Source: Macrostomum hystrix | Taxonomy: Eukaryota; Animalia; Platyhelminthes | Direction: 5' to 3' | Assembly (NCBI GenBank): GCA_950097015.1 | Contig: CATNEN010000025.1 | Span: 6,510,001-6,574,000, forward strand | Length of the DNA: 64,000 bases | Shown here: in pieces, positions 30,632-41,764 of the stretch | Layout of the letters: each line of letters begins with the position of its first letter | Numbering within the stretch: position 1 is the first letter of the stretch | Translations under genes and position numbers: made by a program | The notes under the pieces: generated by a model | The model's input: the letters and a program-made list of their open reading frames with translations, nothing else | What the model was told of the DNA's origin: nothing | The model's database searches: none

Positions 30632-32274
30632 TAGCTTTTTGCGTTCAATTTTGGACAGCGGGCTTTCAATTTCGGCAAGGGTCTATGTGTCAGTCTCCCA
30701 TCCCCTCCCATTGGTGTCTATGGCCAGAAAATGCACAGGCGGGCTTTCAAATTCGACAGCGGGCAATCAATTTCGGCATGCAAACGGATTGACTGGAACT
30801 TCTCTCTTACTGGCACTCCTCAGCTCGTGGCAGCTGTCTATGGTAGAAGCAGCTTGACTGCTCGTTAATATGACAGATATCACAGAGGGAGAGAGTTTAG
30901 CAACACTGAGTCTTCTCTGTTAAAATCTAACAGTTTAACATGGAGCATCGGCAGTATGCAACGATATCCAGAGACAAAAGAGATCTTGTCATCCAGGCTT
31001 GGCAGCGCGGAGAGCTCGGGACTGACATATCAAGGATGCTTGGGGTGAAGCGCTCAACCGTGTACAGCATCTGTCACGCTTTTGACACGGAGGGGAGAAG
31101 GTATTCATTGCCTAAGGGTGGTAACAGGCGCCAAAAGCTCACCAACCCCATGAAGAATTTCCTGATGCTACACTGCAGCAGTTGCGTACTCGCTTGCTGG
31201 CCGAGTTTCAGGGTACGCTCGATAGTGTTGAAATCTCGACCATTTCGAGGGCACTGGACGCTCACCTTTACACAATGAAGTACCCCTCGAGGGAAGGTGA
31301 CGTGCTGGCTGCGAGGAACTCCGAGGAAAACAAAGCCAGGAGACATGATTTCGCCAACTGCCGCCTTTTGTTGAGCTGGTGCATCTTGATGAGTCCTGGC
31401 TACGGAGTCTGGACTCGGCGCAGCTTCGGTCGAAGTGTGCGAGGAAAGCCAGTTCTCAGATTTGTGCACACTCAGAAGAGCCCTGGACTCAACCTCATTC
31501 TGGCAACTTCTCCTACTATCGGCTTGGTGGAGTTCAGCCTTGAGATCGGTTCTGTGAACCGTGAGTGCGTGCAGATTTTGGTCCCTCGAATCTGCCAGAG
31601 CGTTGCCGCTCATCTGCCAGAAGGCCATCAGTGTGTGATTCTGCTGGATGGGGCTCGGTTTCACCAGGGGCTTCAAATTCCACTGGAATTTGAAGGTCGC
31701 ATCAGCTTCCGCACCTTGCCGCCATACTCACCATTCCTGAACCCAGTGGAGCTGGCACACAGTGCGTTCAATGCTGCAGTGAAGCGCCAACTGAGTCAGC
31801 CAGCTGTTCAGCAGGAATTTGCCCTTATTCCGGAGGACATGAGCGCTAGGGACTGGAGGATAATGGTGTTGAGGCAATGGATGCCATCACCCAGCAGAAG
31901 TGCAGTGCTTGGTTTCAGCACACACTGCGATTCATCCCTCCGTGCTTGGCTAGAGAAAACATTTTGGTATAAATGTTGACTATCTTTGTCTTTGTGGTCC
32001 GACTTGTTTCACACGTTCGCGACTCTATCGTAGTGTCCCAGTTTGCATTGAATTCATTCAACAAAATTTTCGCGTTTTTCAACTCCGAAATATATATACA
32101 GTTTAAATGTTTGCTTAAGTGGATTAATGCCGAAATTGATTGCCCGCTGTCGAATTTGAAAGCCCGCCTGTGCATTTTCTGGCCATAGACACCAATGGGA
32201 GGGGATGGGAGACTGACACACAGACCCTTGCCGAAATTGAAAGCCCGCTGTCCAAAATTGAACGCAAAAAGCTA
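30632..32274 (+). mobile_element. Frameshifted Tc1/IS630-type DNA transposon with about 148-bp TIRs
   Basis: Inverted repeats 30632-30779 and 32127-32274 are flanked by TA (the exact end is ambiguous by 2 nt). The transposase is split over frames: HTH at 30940, a LDES motif near 31385 in another frame, then LLDGARFH and PYSPFLNPVE. Confidence 0.92.
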
Positions 32275-32590
32275 TAATATGAATTCGCAATACATGCACA
32301 CCAATGTTAGTTGTCGTCAGGGTCTCCGACAAGAATCGTTAGTTTATCGCTAAGGGCGCAAAATTTAAATTCACGCGGGTGGACTTTCACGAAAATCCGT
32401 CATTCGGTTCGGGAGCTATCGTGACGTAGGCAGTGTGGGTATTTAAAATACACAAATTTTTCATTTGCCAAGCGATTTGCCACTGTTGTCTATGGTAAAT
32501 ACTGACAAGTTAGCTAGTTAGCTAGTTGAAAGGAATAATCAGCGCAGCGCGTCAATCTGCTGCTTAGCTACAACAGCGACTGGGATTAGA

Positions 32591-34959
32591 ATGGCATCCG
32601 ACTCATCCGCAACACCACAGCTTATCTTCGGCCAGCCGATCTACGCCACCGTCGAGGAGCGCTATGACAATGAAGGAAGCTCTGGCAGTGGAAATGAAGA
32701 CGAGGAATCAGATATGAAAGAGAGCGACAGTGAAATCTACAGCAACAGCAATTCTTCAGACGGCAGCTCCGATGGCTACGACAGTGTTTGCGACGGTGAC
32801 GGAGACTACAGCCTCCAGTCTTCCAGCCTCACAAACAGATCAGCAGCTGAAGACTTGAGCAGCGAAAGTAGCGAAGATGAAGACCCGACAATCCTGAGTG
32901 CGGACCAAACCGTCGTCGAAGCCGAGAAGAACTCGTCCATGTTCTTGTGGGCTGAGCAGCTCACTAGACTCCTCAATGTTGCGGAATATCAAGCTGAAGT
33001 AAGCACGCAGAAATATGAAGACTGGACCGCTGCCGGCTCTCATAATAAGAACAGTTCTGTTAGGCAACTGAAGCTGCAGAATAATCAAAATCAGGAGCCT
33101 CAAAACATGCATAAGAGCCAAAAGCAGCAGAATGAGGAGGAGGAGCAGCAGGAGCAGCAGGAGCAGCAGCACCAGCAGCAGCAGCATAAGCAGCAGGAGC
33201 AACTGGAGCAGCAAGAGCAGCAGACGCAGCAGGAGCAACTGGAGAAGCATAAGCAGCAGCAGCAGCAGGAGCAGCAGGAGCAGCAGGAGCAGCAGGAGCA
33301 GAAGGAGCAGCATAAGCAGCAAGAGCAGCAGGAGCAGCAGGAGCAACTGGAGCAGCAAGAGCAGCAGACGCAGCAGGAGCAACTGGAGCAGCATAAGCAG
33401 CAGGAGCAGCAGGAGCAGCAGGAGCAGCATAAGCAGGAGCAGCAGGAGCAGCAGGAGCAGCAGGAGCAGCAGGAGCCAAGGCACACGGTAATCGATCCAG
33501 AATATGTGATTTGTCGCACAATAAACGCCTGCTTAAGCCTGCTGCAGGAAGGGTCATACCAGGATTGCGAAGAATGTGTCAAGACACTCTCTGTGAGTCA
33601 AGAAAGCTTTTTTTATTGCATTCCGTTAGTAGACTAAGCATGAAGAATCATGATTGAAGCACTGGGAAACCCAGAAGAATGCAGATAAATAAATAAATAA
33701 TTCTTGAGTAATCTAGGAAAATCATAGAAAAATCGCGGAAAAATCCTATAATAATCCCAGATAGGTCACGTAAAATCCCAAGGCAAAATTTTAGAAAATT
33801 TCATGATAAATCTCAGAAAAATCACTTAAGAATCCAGGAAGTACAATAAAACTATGTAATAACCTCGGATGCATAACCAGGTAAATCTCGGGATGAACCC
33901 CGGAAGAATCCTAGATAAATCCCTGAAGAATCCTGAATGAATCTCTGATAAAATCCCTGAAGAATCCTGAATGAATCTCTGATAAAATCCCTGAAGAATC
34001 CTGAATGAATCACTGATAAAATTCCTGAAGAATCCTGAATGAATCACTGATAAAATCCCTGAAGAATCCTGAATGAATCTCTGATAAAATTCCTGAAGAA
34101 TCCTGAATGAATCTCTGATGAAATTCCTGAAGAATCCTGAATGAATCACTGATAAAATCCCTGAAGAATCCTGAATGAATCTCTGATAAAATCCCTGAAG
34201 AATCCTGAATGAATCACTGATAAAATCCCTGAAGAATCCTGAATGAATCTCTGATAAAATCCCTGAAGAATCCTGAATGAATCACTGATAAAATCCCTGA
34301 AGAATCCTGAATGAATCTCTGATAAAATCCCTGAAGAATCCTGAATGAATCACTGATAAAATCCCTGAAGAATCCTGAATGAATCTCTGCATCCCCAACA
34401 GACAGGCGATAATTCTCCTTTGGGCTGCCGGAATCTTCTTGACCGACTGTGCAACCTGGAGACTCTGCTGCTCTACCTGCAGCTCACTTACCGATCGAAG
34501 CTGTCAGACGCCAGGCTGAAGGAGCTCTGCCTGCTGAAGCGAAGCATAAGCGCCCTTGAAAGCTGCCTCCTACGCCAGGAGGCTGACAATGCTCTGGCCT
34601 CGGCTACTTTATCGCACCAACGGCTGGAGCGCCACGGTTGGGCCAACTTGCGCCGCGGCTGGAGCAAGTTGCCTCTGCAGGACTTCAAGCGTTTTAACCC
34701 GCAAGTGGCTGATGCGAATCTACGCCCGGTCAGCGTCAAACCCGAGGACAAGTGGCTCCGGGCGTACATGCCGGCATCGGATCAGGCGAACCTGGCCGTC
34801 ATCCTAGCCGAACCCGAGTCTCTGGGTAGTCAGCGACTCGGCCGCATGTTGGCCATGCCTAAACGACGCGGCCGGTTCACCCGACTAAAAAGCAGATTCC
34901 AACGAGACGTCTACGAAGACATGATTAGCAGGTTCCGCTTTGCTGGCTTGGACCGTTGA
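32591..34959 (+). CDS. Unrecognised protein: acidic Ser-rich N-terminus, Gln/Glu repeat tract, basic helical C-terminus
   Basis: Exons 32591-33592 and 34402-34959 join through a phase-0 intron (TCT|GTGAGT...CAACAG|ACA) with a GC-rich, open second exon. No family motif was recognised. Confidence 0.7.
33900..34390. repeat. 34-bp minisatellite AAATCCCTGAAGAATCCTGAATGAATC(T/A)CTGATA in an intron
   Basis: Period 34; it ends about 10 nt before the acceptor at 34400-01. Confidence 0.95.
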
Positions 34960-34964
34960 TTAGC

Positions 34965-35570
34965 TTCGGAACGCTCATAAAATGGTCGCTCATGGTTCAT
35001 GACGCTCATAAAATGGTCGCTCATAGTTCGTGACACGCATAATATAGCCGCTTAAATTATATGAAGCTCATAATATGCTCGCTTATAGTTCCTGACGCCA
35101 ATCATAATATGACCGCTCATGGTTTGTGACGCCACTCATAATGCGACGCTCATAATTCTTGACTCTCAAAAAATCGTCGCTCATAGTTCATGACACTTAT
35201 AAATGGTGTCATGAACTATGAAGCTCATAATATGCTCCCTCACGCTTCATGACGCCACTCATAATATGACCACTCATGGTTTATGACGTTCATAATATGA
35301 CTGCTCATAAAATTTTTGCTCGTAGTTCATGAGGCTCATAAAATAGTCGCTCATGGTTCATGACGCTCATAATATGACCTCTCATGGTTCGTGACGCTCA
35401 CAAAATGGTCGCTCATGGTTTATGACGTTAATAATATGACCGCTCATAAAATTTTCGCTCGTAGTTCATGACGCTCATAAAATTGTCGCTCATGGTTCAT
35501 GACGCTCATAAAATAGTCGCTCATAGTTTATGACGCTCATAATATGGCCGCTCTTTGTTCGTTACGATCA
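34965..35570. repeat. Degenerate about 32-bp GACGCTCATAAAATGGTCGCTCATGGTTCAT repeat directly after the stop codon
   Basis: Recurrent CGCTCAT/CATGAC cores. Confidence 0.85.
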
Positions 35571-36205
35571 TAAAGAAATAAGGGTCGCTAAAACAGATAA
35601 TGCTAACAAGGTGGAAAGCATAGATATGAAGTTCATTTTGTGAGTTTATTTTTGCATGAAACTTTTACTGACTAAAATAAAAAGAAACAACAAAACAGCT
35701 GACGGGTTCTACTGTAAAATTACTGTAATATTTCTCTTTGGTAATGGCTGTATTTAAACTTTAATCGCGTTGCATACGGTTCGATTGAGTTTAGCAAATA
35801 TTGGATTTGAATTTAGCTTAGCAAATCAGGTTACTATAAACAGAACTATAATTTTGAGGAAGTTAATTAGTGATTGATGAAGCAATTTTATGCACTGCTA
35901 AGTTTTCCATTGCTATTCCATTGCGTGAAGCTGTGAACACTTTCTCTGCTCAATCAATTAAGCAGGCCGGTGATTTTTTGTGATTAATTTTAGAGCACAC
36001 AATTCTTTTTTGGGGAGATATTTAAGTGCTTTTTTCTTCTTTGAGAGAGAGGAGGGATAAGACCAGCCAAAATTTCATTGGCTAAGCACAAGATTGCGCC
36101 CATTGGTTCACAGATAAGCTAATAAAAACCATCAGAAATCATCTTGCCTGACAGCTTGTTCTAGAAGTTGATCTTGTTTTATATTGCGACAATTTCATTT
36201 GCACG

Positions 36206-39044
36206 ATGAGAATTTCCAGCAACTTTTCTGTAACTTTTCTGCTGACTCTGTGTGCCATTGCGCACGACATTATGATAACTGATGCAACCGCAGAACTGCT
36301 GGCTGCTGACAAAGGTGAGGCAACTGCTGTGGGTGGCTTGTGCAATTTACACCCATGAGAGTGTTAGTGTACACTGACTGACGATGACAATTTTCACACA
36401 AGCTTATTGTTATTTTTAGGCATTTTTGGCAATGAAATCTCCATTGTGATTAAGTTTGAGTTTGACTCGACATTCAGCGCACCGAGGCTACTGAAGTCAA
36501 TTGAAGTTAGAATTTAATTAAGACGTCTCAGGTTGTGATCAGGAACATCGACTATTGATAGTTTTTTATCTAATAAAATTGCTTTCTGAAACTCAACCTA
36601 ATTCTGTCAACCGGGAAGACGAAAATATATCAGGAGAGGGTAGAAAAACATGACACTCCTTGCCTTGACCAATCAGATCATCATATCGGAGGGGGGGTAG
36701 AAAAATTAGATGCTCGTTGGCTTGACCAATCAGACCGAAAGGATAGAAAAACGTGACCTTCGTTGCCTTGACCAATCCGATCGGAGGGGTAGAAAAAAGC
36801 GATTTCAGGGCATAAATTTCTCAATTGCACAAATTTCAAATTAATCAGGGATCTTGCGTTGGACGCACTTTTATGTGGAAACAGGAAACAGTCTAATCCA
36901 ACATGAAGACTCTGAACTTACACGCAGCTTATTCAAGTACAAAATAAAATTGCTATGCCGGGAATCCGGAATCTCATATTATTTTTTTACAGAAAGTCAG
37001 CCTCTAAAGCTGCCTTGCACATCCTCTCCTTCGGGTGGTAAAAAATTGAGTCTTGTATCTAGACATCCTGTCAGTTCATTTTCTTCTTACTCTCATTTCT
37101 GAAGCAAAATTTTGCTACTTCGTTTGGTTTCTGCTGATAAAGAATAATTTTAGAATCGATAAAAGGGCCAAAGTTCTTGCTTGTTCAATTTCAATAAAAG
37201 CCCTCGTGGTCGCAAGAACTTTTAGGAATTACACAGGAAATTCTCTGAATAAAAAAATGCTGCAATTATTTCTATCCATCGATCTTTATTTGGTTTTAGA
37301 TTTTCTCTCAAATCAAAGCGGCTACAAGACAGGCAAACCAGCAGCATTTTTAAAGTAATAAAGGAAATTAAACATTTTTCTATTCAATACAACAATTTTG
37401 TTTGATAACAACGGTAAGATGATCAGTGATGCTTTGAAAAAAACATTACGAGCCTAAAAATGGAACTAAAACATGGGTTTAAATGTATAGGGTATTAAGG
37501 TATCGAATTAATCAGAAATACCACTGATTGGGAATCCTACTGATTGGGAATCCCACTGATTAGGAATCCCACTGATTGGGAATCCCCCTGATTGGGAATC
37601 CTACTGATTGGGAATCCTACTGATTGGGAATCCTACTGATTGGGAATCCTACTGATTGGGAATCCTACTGATTGGAAATCCCACTGATTAGGAATCCCAC
37701 TGATTGGGAATCCCTCTGATTGGGAATCCTACTGATTAGGAATTCCACTGATTGGGAATCCTACTGATTGGGAATCCTACTGATTGGGAATCCTACTGAT
37801 TGGGAATCCTACTGATTGGGAATCCTACTGATTGGGAATCCTACTGATTGGGAATCCTACTGATTGGGAATCCTACTGATTGGGAATCCTACTGATTGGA
37901 AATCCCACTGATTAGGAATCCCACTGATTGGGAATCCCTCTGATTGGGAATCCTACTGATTAGGAATTCCACTGATTGGGAATCCTACTGATTGGGAATC
38001 CTACTGATTGGGAATCCTACTGATTGGGAATCCTACTGATTGGGAATCCTACTGATTGGGAATCCTACTGATTGGGAATCCTACTGATTGGGAATCCTAC
38101 TGATTGGGAATCCTACTGATTGGGAATCCTACTGATTGGGAATCCTACTGATTGGGAATTCCACTGATTGGGAATCCCACTGATTCGGAATCCTACTGAT
38201 TGAGAATCCTGCTTATTGGGAATCCTACTGGTTGGGAATCCTACTGAATGGAAATCCTTCTGATTGGGAACCCTGTTGATTGGGAATCCTACTGATTGGG
38301 AATCCTACTGATTTTTATTCCTACAAATACAAAAGTTTCTACAGTACAGAACAATATCGCTAGTCAAACCTGAATTATATTTGGAATTGCGAAATATATT
38401 CTCTCGTCTAGAAAAGTTCTTTCCTTCGATCAAAAAATGTACCACTGTTTGATTTCAGATCATCAAGATTTCCCTCGCGACGGCAAAGTATTATCTTACA
38501 AACGCTACAATGCGATGAGTAAGCTATGAGTAACCTATTGTATCAAATGTTTGGTCAAGTTGCAAGCAAGATTAAGGAATAATTGATTCATTCGCTGTTC
38601 TAATGCTTTTACCCAACTAAGATTCTTGGTCAATGCTAATTAGATTAGTTGTCACGACCAAATCTATGGGTCAATTTGTTTTTCGCATTTCTTGCAAAAA
38701 TGTATTACAACTGCAATAAGTACACACTAGTTTATAGCGTCATCTCTAGTAGATACAATTATGCTTACTGAATACTAATAAATCACCCCAATAAAGGTCG
38801 GGGGTTCGATTCCCGACTACACTGAAAAAATTTGTGTCCTTTAGCATGACACTTCAAATAAGCAACCACAATAGTACTACTCAATACCACTTCAGACATT
38901 CAGTTCGGCAGTCAGATCCCATGGGAGAGCGACGACATCGTCTACGCCAACGGCTTCAAGCCGCTCCGCGGCAAGCGAGCAGAGCAGGCGGACGAGTCCA
39001 AGAGCAGGCCGCAGCGGCCCCGTCACCACCTGAACGGAGTCTAA
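36206..39044 (+). CDS. Amidated neuropeptide precursor (tachykinin-related/natalisin-like), 105 aa; absent from the ORF track
   Basis: Exons 36206-36314, 38459-38518 and 38896-39044 join through two phase-1 introns (G|GTGAGG...TTTCAG and A|GTAAGC...CTTCAG). Translation: MRISSNFSVTFLLTLCAIAHDIMITDATAELLAADKDHQDFPRDGKVLSY-KR-YNAMNIQFGSQIPWESDDIVYANGFKPLR-G-KR-AEQADESKSRPQRPRHHLNGV*. Confidence 0.78.
37520..38315. repeat. 16-bp minisatellite CTGATTGGGAATCCTA in neuropeptide intron 1
   Basis: About 50 tandem units; the minus strand reads CCCAATCAG. Confidence 0.95.
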
Positions 39045-40249
39045 AAAAATGGTTTTGCACATCAAATTTGGCAATGCCGCCGACAGACTAATAATAAGAG
39101 CTAGGCTCTATGCGCAAGTGCAATCACTGTTTCTATGGGCATATATTTACAATATCTTCAAATACTCAGCATCATGTAAAAAAAATGTTTGTATTTGAAA
39201 TTCGCCCCGTGTTCCTTCTACTGTTAAAAAATAAATATCTACTTGAGTTAGCTACTAAACTAAGTAGTGAGCTGCGCAAATGGATTTGGGAATAGATTTC
39301 GATTGCACTTTACAGCTAATCACGAGCGAGTTACCGAATACCCTAATGCCCAATGCGTGTTTTTTCCTAGATGGGATTTCTTCCCAGAAACTTTTTCGCA
39401 TGGCAAGGTCTGGCATTTGCATTATTGGTCGCAACTAGGATAAAAGACTGCCTGGACTGCTGATGGGATGGCGAAGTTTTTTGGGGCAATGGGAATGGGA
39501 AAAGACAGGTGCAAGCAGAAGCGTGTGAATCTTCTAGTTAATTAATTTAATTAATAGGTTAGGATTTTTTAAATACTTTAATGAAAAACTATTTAGTAAC
39601 ACGTTCATATTCCAGAACAACACAAAATTCAGCAGTTCGCTCGAGTTATTTTCTGCCCCTATATACGTACCTTCAATATCATATTTGCCCGTGTAATAGG
39701 CCGCGACCACTGCCGCAGATGATGAAGAGGCTGGGAGGCTGGGGGAAACTGGCTATCCCCATTGAAGACCAATTATCAGTAGCGGCTATCTGCACATCTG
39801 CAGGTGCACTAGATAGACCCAGCCTCTGGGCAGTTGGAATTTTCTTGTTAAAGCTCCAAATAGAGAGATCTGACATGCCATCTAGATAGATCGTAACATT
39901 GCATCTAGGCACTGTCTGACCTTAGGAATTCTGGGATTCTGAATTTGGGATTGTGGCGTGTCGGATAGATTTCTATAGTGCACTTCATTCTTAATCCAAC
40001 CGTCCAAATGGGATTTGTTTCCCGTTTCCTGATTTCTCCCGATCTGATAAGAGACCAAGTCAAAGGCGGGGCAGAAGGCTAGAAGGCTTTCCGCTTGTCG
40101 AAGATAATTAGGCTACTAATTTAACAAAGATTCATTCGACCTTTACAATAACCATGGAATACAAATGCAAACCAGCCGATTCACCGAAATCGGACCAAAG
40201 TACTGGCCAAATTTTATCGAATATAATATTAACCCTGCTAGTAGACCTG

Positions 40250-41135
40250 ACTAGAATCGAAGCAGGAATCGAAGGAGCAGTTGCAGATTGAATCGAAGCA
40301 GGAATCGAAGGACGAGGTGGCATCTAGAATGTAGGAATCAAGGAGTGGTAGCATCTAGAATGCAGGAATCGAAGGAGTGGTGGCATCTAGAATGCAGGAA
40401 TCGAAGGAGTGGTGGCATCTAGAATGCAGGAATCGAAGGAGTTGTGGCATCTAGAATGCAGGAATCGAAGGAGTTGTGGCATCTAGAATGCAGGTATTAA
40501 AGGAGTGGTGGCATCTAGAATGCAGGAATCGAAGGAGTTGTGGCATCTAGAATGCAGGAATCGAAGGAGTTGTGGCATCTAGAATGCAGGAATCGAAGGA
40601 GTTGTGGCATCTAGAATGCAGGAATCGAAGGAGTGGTAGCATCTAGAATGCAGGAATCGAAGGAGTTGTGGCATCTAGAATGCAGGAATCGAAGGAGTTG
40701 TGGCATCTAGAATGCAGGAATCGAAGGAGTTGTGGCATCTAGAATGCAGGAATCGAAGGAGTGGTAGCATCTAGAATGCAGGAATCGAAGGAGTTGTGGC
40801 ATCTAGAATGCAGGAATCGAAGGAGTGGTAGCATCTAGAATGCAGGAATCGAAGGAGTGGTGGCATCTAGAATGCAGGAATCGAAGGAGTGGTAGCATCT
40901 AGAATGCAGGAATCGAAGGAGTGGTAGCATCTAGAATGCAGGTATCGAAGGAGTGGTGGCATCTAGAATGCAGGTATCGAAGGAGTGGTGGCATCTAGAA
41001 TGCAGGAATCGAAGGAGTGGTGGCATCTAGAATGCAGGAATCGAAGGAGTGGTGGCATCTAGAATGCAGGAATCGAAGGAGTGGTGGCATCTAGAATGCA
41101 GGAATCGAAGGAGTTGTGGCATCTAGAATGCAGGA
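40250..41135. repeat. 32-bp minisatellite TGGCATCTAGAATGCAGGAATCGAAGGAGT(G/T)G upstream of the NTPDase
   Basis: Period 32 (40381, 40413 and onward). Confidence 0.95.
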
Positions 41136-41750
41136 ATCTCACTAGCAGGTATATACGGAATCGTTGTACTGATGTATATGTGCTGTTGCACCAGAAATCT
41201 AAGTTGGAATTGCACTACTATTCAGGTAAAGTCGTCACATTAATCATACGCTGGTGCGAGGTTATATGCTTATTGGTTTATATAGATATTCCATTGCTTT
41301 GTGTTACACTCAGACAGCCCAGTTCAGCATCTGTTTCAGAAATAATATTTTACTGTCAAACCTGTTTATCAACAGTCGATACGAAGCAGCATCCTGCAAT
41401 GTTTCCAGCATCCCCTCTCTATCAGTTTTTCTTACCAAGAAACATAATCATTCTCTTCGGGGTGAACAAACAATGTTTGAAACGATTTTACATAGAAAAA
41501 CATGGGTGGGTAACCGCTGTGTTTTTGGAAACGCATACTTTAGTGCACTTTTGCCAGTGCAGCCTATCAGATTACACTGGATGGAGTGCGACTTGAGGCA
41601 CCCAGAGCCAACCAGAGTGCTTGCAGTCGCTGGCTAATATTATTAATAATTTTCTCGTTTTCTATCCTTTTATTTTTAGATTTTTTCTGGCCAAAAAAAT
41701 TCAGATAGATTTCAACATTGCTTTTGAATATTCAGAGTTCATTTATTTGT

Positions 41751-41764
41751 GTTGCTATGGTAAC
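41751..41764. promoter_or_regulatory. RFX X-box consensus GTTGCTATGGTAAC overlapping the predicted NTPDase ATG
   Basis: A 14-nt match to GTTGC(C/T)ATGG(C/T)AAC; motif evidence only. Confidence 0.5.

Noticed and set aside
32840-33582. Antisense poly-Leu, poly-Cys/Ser and poly-Ala ORFs
   Set aside because: They are shadows of the sense-strand CAG/GAG coding repeat.
36420-36505. Possible extra exon in neuropeptide intron 1 after a good TTTTTAG acceptor
   Set aside because: The available donors give phase 0 or 2, which does not fit the phase-1 downstream exon and leads to a stop. It remains possible only as a minor isoform.
38834-39091. ORF-track proteins over the neuropeptide exons (38834-39091 +, 36139-36345 -)
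   Set aside because: They are in the wrong frame or strand; the spliced reading gives a signal peptide and canonical processing sites.
40250-41135. Heat-shock-element array (ATCTAGAA in each 32-bp unit)
   Set aside because: It has one mismatch to TTCnnGAA and lacks the third alternating nGAAn unit.
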